A program made the position numbers and the translations under genes. Of a stretch of DNA of 30,338 nt, positions 22,267 to 30,338 are shown piece after piece; within the stretch, counting starts at the first letter, position 1, and each line of letters begins with the position of its first letter. This DNA is from Paraspadella gotoi (lineage: Eukaryota > Animalia > Chaetognatha). The notes below the pieces were generated by a model. That model saw only the letters and a list, made by a program, of their open reading frames with translations, did not search any database and was not told the DNA's origin. The stretch covers positions 2,760 through 33,097 of the forward strand of contig JBJCIZ010000374.1 in NCBI GenBank assembly GCA_051294375.1, read 5' to 3'.

Positions 22267-23073
22267 GATAGCTTATTACCACTTAATTATCGATTGACCT
22301 GGAATTTTGTATGTGAGTAGAAAAGTGTGTGATTGAACAGGAAACAAGTTCGATGGAATCTTTGAGTGGAAAAAAACAAAAACCTGTTTCACTAATTGAT
22401 TATGCTTCTTTTTCCTTTTATATTAAATGTATATGCAGGATGTATTAATAAGTCAAATAATTAATCAGTTAATTAATCATTAGTCAATTAATTAATCAAT
22501 AATTAATTAATCAGTCAATCAATCCGCCATCCGTCCCACCTTAGCAAAAAGCTCCAATAACTCGTGATTGGCTGGTTGGATTGAAATGAAATTTTGTTGT
22601 GGGTAGGAAAGTGTGTGATAAAGCTGGATAAAAGTTTCGACGAATCGTGTGAGTGGAAATGAGTTTAAGTGGAAAAACATAAGTGCATTTACTAAAATCT
22701 TTTTACTTATTTTAACCATAAGTACTCTAATTAATCATAATTGGATGGATAGATTGAGTTCAAATTTTTTGTGTGGGTAGAAAAATGTGTATCGTGCTTG
22801 ATATAAAGTTTCGGTGAAACGTACGAGTGGAAAGGAGTTTAAATGAAAAAATATGAGTCACATTTACTTGATCTTTTTTACTTATTTTACCATAATAGAT
22901 TGAGACAAATTTTGTGAGCGGGTAGGAAGTGTGTGAAAAAGCTAGATATAAAGTTTTGACGGAATTGTCAGTGGAAATGAGTTTAAATGGAAAAAACTAA
23001 GTCACATTTACTTGAGCAGAAAAATGATACAAGTTAAAAAATCCTAAAAGCATAAGGATCGTCGCAATTGCAA

Positions 23074-23109
<36 letters not shown>

Positions 23110-23140
23110 AGTAAAATGAGCATAAGATCGTCGCAATTGC

Positions 23141-23179
<39 letters not shown>

Positions 23180-24511
23180 TAGAAGAGAGAGAGTCCGAGA
23201 TAAAAATTAGCGAATAAAAGTTGTTATTTTACTCGCTGAATAAAAATACTTAAAAATACTTACAAAATACATAAAATGATAAATTATTATTCCGATACAT
23301 TGTTTAATCACATGCAATATATCTAGTAAGGCTAATATTGTAAGGCGGGCCAAAATTGACACTTTTTATAACTTCTAGTTCTCTTTAAATTTTTTTTTTC
23401 CTTTTACTACTAAATCGATTTTCAATATACTTTTTGAATTAGTTCATTGGGTTGTTGCACTGAAGCTTTTAATATTTATTAATATATAATAATATATAAA
23501 GTATGACGGAATGTGCCAGGGAAATGAGTTTAGATGGAAAAAACATAAGTCACATTTACTTGAATCTTTAATATTAATGATTACTAATAAATGTTTTAAT
23601 TAATTAATGAATTAATTAATTAATTAATTAATGTGAAAAAAATGATGCAAGTTAAAAAAAACTGAAAAGGCATAAAGATCGTCGCATTGCAGAAAAGAAG
23701 AGAGAGAGAGAGAGAGTGAGTGAGAGAGAGAGAGAGAAGGAGACATAAAATAAAATAGAGGATTTTGTTTGTTTGATAAAATGTAACAAAACAATTTAAT
23801 AACTGTCCTACCCAATTTTTAAGGACATCGATGATATAGTTGAATATAAATTTAAAATTAATTATACATATTAAAATTAATTAATTAATTAATTAATCGA
23901 TTAATTAATTAATTAATATCGTAGGGCAGATCGACATTGTTTGCTCAAACTTGTTTTCATATTAAACTAACATGATGTGAATTGGTCCAGTTTTCATCGC
24001 AAATTTTTATTTAAAAAGAAATTAAAAGGAAGGTTAAGAGAAAAAAACTTATTTTTCCTAATATCTTTTGAAGGAACAAAGATAAAGGGATGGCAATTGT
24101 ACCAAAATGAAGCCATAATCATAGGCACATACAAGATACAATTTTAGAATTATTTTGTTGAAATCTCTTTACAGGGTGAGTGTCAAACTAAGTCAAAATT
24201 ATAATTAATTTTAAAACTAATGACACCCCATAAGAATAATAAAAATTAAATTCTTTTGAATGATTCTGAAAGAAAAAAAGCTAAATTGTACTCTGGTAAA
24301 ACTNNNNNNNNNNNNNNNNNNNNNNNNNATCGTGTTCTATTTCGCGAGTGGGGAGGTTTTTAAAGGACATAGTTGTATAATTACGAGATATTTAAGCCCC
24401 ATATAGCCCAAATAAATTTAACAAATTTTGGCGTCAATCGAATAAAAATACTTTAATATGCAAATGGGATTGATCGAAAACAAAATTTGTGAATATTAAA
24501 CAATTTGTTGA

Positions 24512-25155
24512 ATAAATAATAGATTACCACAAGGTTTAGTTAAAAACTATTTTAAAGTAATCTATACTTGCTAACTATCCCATTAACTAAAATTTTATAA
24601 CATAACTACTCTATAATTCTCTTACTAATTATGCTGTGGATAAGGCGATAAGTGGGCAGAAGATGACTATCCGTAACTTCTATAACCCCCTCTAGCAGAC
24701 ATGGAATGGATCCTGGGCTTGGAACCAGGCTTGAGGGTTTGCCACGCCCCCGAAAAGAGGCGAGGAAAAGAGATTTTAACATATTTTGTTAGGCGTCACT
24801 CTGGGTATAAATGAATACTTTAATTATGCACAAATCGGTAGAGTGTAAGTATATAGTTCGATGAGGAAACAAGAATCTTCTAGTTTAGAATTAAAAGACA
24901 TTGCTGTTTTGAGATGTTGATAAATAATAGATTACCACAAGGTTTAGTTAAAAACTATTTAAAGTAATCTATACTTGCTAACTATCCCATTAACTAAAAT
25001 TTTATAACATAACTACTCTATAATTCTCTTACTAATTATGCTGTGGATAAGGCGATAAGTGGGCAGAAGATGACTATCCGTAACTTCTATAACCCCCTCT
25101 AGCAGACATGGAAGTCCTGGGCTTGGAACCAGGCTTGAGGGTTTGCCACGCCCCA
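24512..25155. repeat. Direct duplication of ~235 bp (24512-24751 vs 24921-25154) containing a SINE-2 body segment
   Basis: TAAATAATAGATTACCACAAGG...GTTTGCCACGCCCC occurs twice. Confidence 0.85.
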
Positions 25156-25473
25156 AGGCGGTTTACGGCCGTCCTCACTCTTCCTGCAGGGTAGGTACCG
25201 GGTTGGGATTGAACCCGGTACCTAGTGGTCATGAGCTGATGGCTTTACTCAATGAGCCACCGGGTCACAACTGAAAGAGTCATGCTAATAGGCGGGTGAA
25301 CCTAGGCAATGCCCGACTACATGCCCCCCAGATTGTAACCCACCCTGCACTGCTTCCAGTGGAGGGAGGGAGCAATCTTTGGCACGTCCATGGGCCTGGA
25401 ATCAGGTTGGAATACGCTCGACAGGATGGGCTCACCAGTGTGGATAAGGCGCTAAGTGGGCAGAAGATGACTA
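25043..25473 (-). mobile_element. tRNA-derived SINE family 2 (Met-like head 25266-25194) preceded by the 3' part of another copy
   Basis: A-box-like TGGCTCATTGAG, CTCATGA loop, B box GGTTCAATCCC; the body motif ATAGTCATCTTCTGCCCACTT..CCTTATCCAC occurs three times. Confidence 0.6.
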
Positions 25474-25807
25474 TTAGAGTTCCCCAGCCTCATCAAACTC
25501 CTTACAAAGTTCTCACTCGTTCCGGTTTCCCATTATTTTTTGACTNNNNNNNNNNNNNNNNNNNNNNNNNTCAACTCATTTTGAAACCCTGTACAAGCAA
25601 AAAAGGTTTTTGTTAATGAACCCAATTGAGCGTCAAAGTCTATGAGTAGTGATGCAAAAAAATTGTTTAAAAATGAACGAATTTCATCTAATCAAGTGTT
25701 CTTACATGCTTTAATATAAAAGTTTTACACTATTAACTGCTAGAGAACTTAGCTGGCTGATTTTCCTAAGATCGTCATATTAGATTAAAAGAATATCTCA
25801 TGATTAT

Positions 25808-25831
25808 GGGGCGTGGCCTTAACCGGAAGTG
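25808..25831 (+). promoter_or_regulatory. GC-box plus ETS motif pair
   Basis: GGGGCGTGGC and CCGGAAGTG, 5 bp apart, upstream of a decayed reading frame at ~25890-26290. Confidence 0.35.
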
Positions 25832-26399
25832 AGGTTTTACGTCAAATTGTGTTCAAATTTTGACGAATTAATTTTAAATACAACAATAACAAAATGTCTA
25901 GTGCTTTTTAGTAATAAGATGGCATGTATTGGGATGATATTGAACTGTAAGAAGAGTGTTACAAAAATGTGTTCCCAAAATCTAATGAATTCTCCATACA
26001 CGACACGTCGGCTTTGGGAACGTCAACCTACCCGCCAAAAGAAAAGAAAATGCCATTTAGTCGGTCGCCATCTGTAATGGAAAACGAAAGTATTGATGAT
26101 CATGGCGATAATGTTAAAATCAAAGACTTATATAATTATTGTGACGCCACTAAAAATCCTCTTTCAAATTCAGAATATATTTTGACAGTGGAAGCAACCA
26201 CTGCGTAATTTTTTCTTGCCATCACTAGTTTATCCGTCTTAATTCAAATAATTTGGTTATAAATATTGCTTGAGAGTCATCGTATATGCGGTATGAGTAC
26301 ATAGTATTGGTGATTAACATCGTTTTATGAGGAAAACGCATATTATTTTTATTTAAGCAATATATTTCGGTTAACATTGCTTAACCATAGTTCATTAGA

Positions 26400-28930
26400 A
26401 ATCTTCGTTTGCGGATCGCCTTCGTTCAAGCGTTTCGTCGAAGTTTCTCTAATCCTCGGCGAATACTTCGGGTTCACCGAGAAGAAGTACCACCAGCGTC
26501 GGTCTCTGGGTGCCGAACGAATCGACGTTTCCATCATCGAAGGAACTAGCTATTCCTTCGACGGACGTAAGGGTCTAGCGGCGCCTTTGTGCATGACTTG
26601 CGACTAGGACCTCGACTAGCGACGAGATACGACGATCGTCTACGGGTATTACTTTCGTGGATAAATTCCGTCGCTCCTTCTGATACATTGCAGTGAGATT
26701 GAAGTTCGGTCTCGATTCGTTTTATTTCTTCAAACTTTGCGCCGCGGCTGCAATACGTCGTCGTGAAACTTTCTCGATTTCTACGCCGCTACGATCATCA
26801 GCGGCGACGAATAGGATTGTGAAGAAATAAGCGCACCAGTGATCATCAGCGTCGTCGAAGCTCGAGTGTCGAAATCCTTCTTTGGAATTCCCCTTTCAGC
26901 GTTTCTTGTTGATGTTACTGTTTCCTTTATAAGACGATATCGGGCTCGCTTAAGTTCAGTAAAAGAGAAATATCGATCACTTCGCGACGTTCGACAAACA
27001 ATTTTCCAGACCCCAAATTACCTTTCCGAATATCAGACTAAGCCTTCTTCAAAGCGGACATGGCTCATATCCCTGCGAGCCATACCCTACAGGAATGCCA
27101 CGTCTTCCTTCACGGCCTCAATGTCGAACAAGCGGTCGAGGCGCATGCGGTTTCGTTTGATCGCGCTAAGACCACTCCGACGCAGGAGAATATCGCGGAA
27201 GCCAATGCGGATAGGCACATTGTGAAAGCGACTTACGAACGCATTTGTTCTGCGATATCCGGAGGCAGTTGGAATGATAAGGCGATGGAAGTTTTGTCGG
27301 ACTTCCTCAATCGCCTCCACAACATCCTTGGGCAGCGCCGCTTACTTGATTCGCGGGCTAATTCAATGTCCACGCGTGCCTCATCGGTAGAAAGCATAGC
27401 ATCGACTGGACGCTCCGTTTCCGCCACAGCACGGATAACGCCGATGCCGGAGCTACCGGAGATTTCCGAGAAAAGGGAACCAGTTCTTCGGCTGTAAACG
27501 ATCCCGACGATGGCTTCGTGGCGTCCATCCCGGCCGTTCTCGCCTCCTCCGCCATCTCCAGAAGATGAAGTAGATGGAACACTGTCCGTCTTGTTCCCGT
27601 CTGACGTCAAGCCGGCATCAACAGAGGAACAGCGCACTGAGGGAAATAACAACGTCCCAACATTATCTTTCGCCAGAACCACTGGAGGATCCTTTGGGTC
27701 CGGAGAGTGAGACTGTCGCTGTAACCGGAACGACGAGAGCTCATAGCTTACGCTCGGACATCAACGCCGCCAACGATATGGACGATGAAGCATCTCACGT
27801 CGGCGTCAAAGGAAGTGCACCAGATTTTTCCGCCATCTTTTCGACTCTTCATGGAGTTTCGGATCAACTGAGAGAGATGCGTGATGAGACAGAGGACGAT
27901 ATACATAACGTCACCGCTGCGAATCGCGCATTACAGACGAGGACGGAAACAAACGAGAGGTCGGCAGAACGAGTTTTTGGCGAAGCCGAGAAACCTTTTT
28001 CGTCGCCTGACGCCCGCAACATCGACTCGAACGGCAGACTGGGTCGAGGCTCAGACAGCGTCCCCCCGTTTGGAGCCCTCTCTCCATCAGCTTGTAGCCG
28101 GCCTTCAACTACCAACGACTCCACCGCCAGCTTACGACATAACGATTCATCATCGTGAATCGTCGGCTCGTCTCAACGAAGTCGGCACGCGTGCGTCAGC
28201 AGCAGCAGCAGCAGATCAGCACGCGGGTTCATCGGAAGCGGATCCTCGATGAGGTGAGGCGGCGGGCGTGGGAGCGGGAGCCGATGACGCTCCGCCCATC
28301 GCCAATCCTCGATTGCATCCACCAGCAACTTTGGAGTCAATACGCGACGCTTTAAGGGAACTTTGTGAACAAGGACAGCATCGTGAGGCGGCGGGAGAAC
28401 GTGAGGCGGCGGGAGAAGGAGGAGCGGTCACTTCTCCGCCTCCCCCGCCAGTCGTTTCACACGGCGCTACTACCGCTGCGGCGATGAACGCCGAAGCGCC
28501 GGCTTTTACCCTCGAAGCGTGACGCCTCATTCGGCGGCGTCACACGCTTCACACGTTTCCGGCATCCGCGGCGCCATCTTCGATCCGGCGCCGTCTGAAA
28601 CGCCTTCGACCGCTCAGCTGCGATGGCGACGGGCTTTTTTGGAATTCAAGCCCAGACTCTCGCCTTCCAAATGCTTCAGCAGCAGCGCCCAAAGAACAAA
28701 GTCGACGAAAATCTCAGCATTGGACTTTGAGCGTCAACTTCGAGACTTTCAAGTGAGCGTCTGTGCGTTGGAGGGCGCCACGATCCCATGAAGTTGAAGG
28801 AGCTACCCACTGGTTCGACGGTCTTTCCAAGCGATCCGTCTGCACGCGTCTCCTTTCTTCGAGCGCTTTAACCGTCCCCATCGCGAAATAGTAACACGAT
28901 CGTTTATTTAGGGTATTGGCTCGCTCCCCT
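26400..28930 (+). mobile_element. Decayed retroelement 5' region: GC-rich leader plus frameshifted gag/ORF1-like sequence from ATG 27060
   Basis: Chain of overlapping + ORFs (27060-28900): helical N-terminus, S/P/A-rich linker, coiled-coil-like DQLREMRDETEDDI, ending ..AIRLHASPFF..EIVTRSFIR. No LTR, PBS or RT seen. Confidence 0.45.
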
Positions 28931-29531
28931 AGTTGACAAATTACGCCCCAGTTGACAAATTTGCCAGTTGAGCAAATTATGCCACTTGACGCAAATTATG
29001 CTGTTGAGCAAATTATGTTGGTTGACCAAAATTAATGTCAATTGACCAAAATGTATGTCAGTTGCCATATATGCCAGTTGGCCATATTATGCGGTTAGTC
29101 CATTTTGCCAGGTTGACCAAAATTGTAGCCAATTGACAAATACTGCCAGTTGACGCAAATTATCCAGTTGACAAAAATTATGCCAGTTGACCAAATAATG
29201 CAACTTGATTAAATTATGCAGTTGACCAAATTATGCAACTTGATTAAATTATGCAATGTTGACCAAATTATGCAAATTGACCAAATATGCAAATTTCCAA
29301 ATTATGCAAAATTTCCAAATTATGCAAGTTAGTATTGCGCAGCTACTGGCCAGAGTTATTTATTGATTTATGATTTTTTCATAGATTTATTAAGAAGTCT
29401 GTTATTTGTTATGTTACAATTTATGATTTTTTCGAATTGAAAATCAGAAAATACTACCGTGATTAATCATGTCGATTAGCTTATTATTGTTTAATTATCG
29501 TAGCAGATCTGACATTGTTTAGTCAAACTTG
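28930..29531 (+). mobile_element. 3' part of another HINE copy
   Basis: 18-bp minisatellite at 28930-29330; 3' end GCAGATCTGACATTGTTTAGTCAAACTTG matches 23926-23953. Confidence 0.75.
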
Positions 29532-29677
29532 TTGTTCAATAATCTTGCCTCGTTTTTCTCTTTTTCAGTCAATTTTTTTACTGGTCTATTTTTGGACTGT
29601 ATTCTATCCTGATTTTTAACTTTGATATTTAGAGGCAAATTGGTTTTTGTTTACAACGAAATTTTTATTTTCAGAGA

Positions 29678-29720
29678 AAACGTACATGTTTCGGCTTTAA
29701 TGCAAGCCACATCAGCGTTA
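29678..29720 (-). ncRNA. Minimal hammerhead ribozyme, second copy (A9 missing or substituted)
   Basis: AACG-CTGATG-T-GGCTT(GCATTA)AAGCC-GAAA-CATG-TA-CGTT. Confidence 0.7.
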
Positions 29721-29968
29721 AATGATTTATGAATTTTTGAACAGTTTTTTGTGTGAAAAGAAAGGGGAGGGAGAGAGAGAGACAGGGAAGGTTCCAACAC
29801 AACGTTGAGAAGAAACTAAATCTCTATCTTCCTCATTCTTAACTGTCATCACCACTTGACACATTATTCTTTCTCAACTCTGTGTTGGAAACTTTGCCCT
29901 GTCTCTCTCTGCTTCTCTCCCCCTTCTTTCACACAAAAAACTGTCCAAAAATATTCCTAAATTATATT

Positions 29969-30012
29969 AAGCGCTGATGAAGGTTGCATTCAAAGCCGAA
30001 ACATGTACGTTT
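29969..30012 (+). ncRNA. Minimal type-I hammerhead ribozyme
   Basis: AAGCG-CTGATGA-A-GGTT(GCATTCAA)AGCC-GAAA-CATG-TA-CGTTT: stem I AAGCG/CGTTT, palindromic stem III ACATGT, GUA cleavage triplet. Confidence 0.8.
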
Positions 30013-30338
30013 TCTCTGAATAAAAAAAATTAAAAAAATGTTGTAAAACGGCCAACCACAACTCTTCGCGCCTTCACAATCCGCTCTCACAACGACACAA
30101 CCACGCACACACGCGCTTACTTCCTCACACTTCTGACTCATCTGAATATATATTATAAACACAAAAATGTTTCGTTCAGAAAAACCTTGTATTTACAAGT
30201 TATTGATTCATTTTTGACTTTTATAAATACTAAACATTTTACAAATATAAGTTTTATTTGGCAACTCATGTTAAACAGTTTGATAGGGGCAAAAATCAAG
30301 ACACAGTGGAGGACGGAATTTTTAGTGAAAAGAATTCG

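Larger units (their letters stand above)
20609..23953 (+). mobile_element. Non-autonomous Helentron-type element (DINE-1/HINE-like)
   Basis: T-run, subTIR GTCGGATCTGC (20615-20625) with nearby IR CAGATCCCGAC, (GTCC)n at 20752-20806, internal ~150-bp repeats, 3' subTIR GCAGATCGAC (23926-23935), hairpin GTTTG-CT-CAAAC, then a T-run. Confidence 0.75.
29649..30048. mobile_element. Inverted pair of Penelope-like pseudo-LTRs
   Basis: ~165-180-bp imperfect arms around a ~55-bp spacer, each with a (CT)n tract, a hammerhead motif and a downstream AATAAA. Confidence 0.8.

Noticed and set aside
25194-25266. Functional tRNA-Met gene
   Set aside because: Anticodon and T stems pair poorly, and it is attached to a repeated body.
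25829-26290. Host gene exon downstream of the GC-box/ETS motifs
   Set aside because: Stops and frameshifts with no recognisable domain.

Overview
AT-rich eukaryotic (probably invertebrate) DNA made almost entirely of nested transposable-element debris, from an indel-prone assembly with three N gaps. No intact host gene is evident. The main structure is a decayed Ty3/Gypsy LTR retrotransposon on the + strand: 5' LTR ~2621-3010, tRNA-Arg-type PBS, then gag-PR-RT-RH-IN ending at 16570. It is interrupted by two small inserts with 5-bp TSDs and by a 1.65-kb duplication that brackets ~5.9 kb of unrelated repeats. Three things stand out. (i) A single-pass transmembrane ORF starts right after the PBS and overlaps gag. 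(ii) A ~3-kb antisense, intron-containing cassette lies downstream of integrase and appears to encode a mucin-stalk type-I membrane protein and a Pro/acidic protein with an NLS-like motif. (iii) An inserted AGT..ACT LTR still carries a 34-nt copy of mature, CCA-ended tRNA-Leu. Other elements: an hATm-like transposase remnant, a CRE-type endonuclease remnant, a DINE-1/HINE-like (Helentron) element with a nested hAT-type MITE, two tRNA-derived SINE families, Penelope-type inverted repeats with minimal hammerhead ribozymes, and a decayed gag-like ORF. All family calls come from motif recognition by eye; no database search was run.
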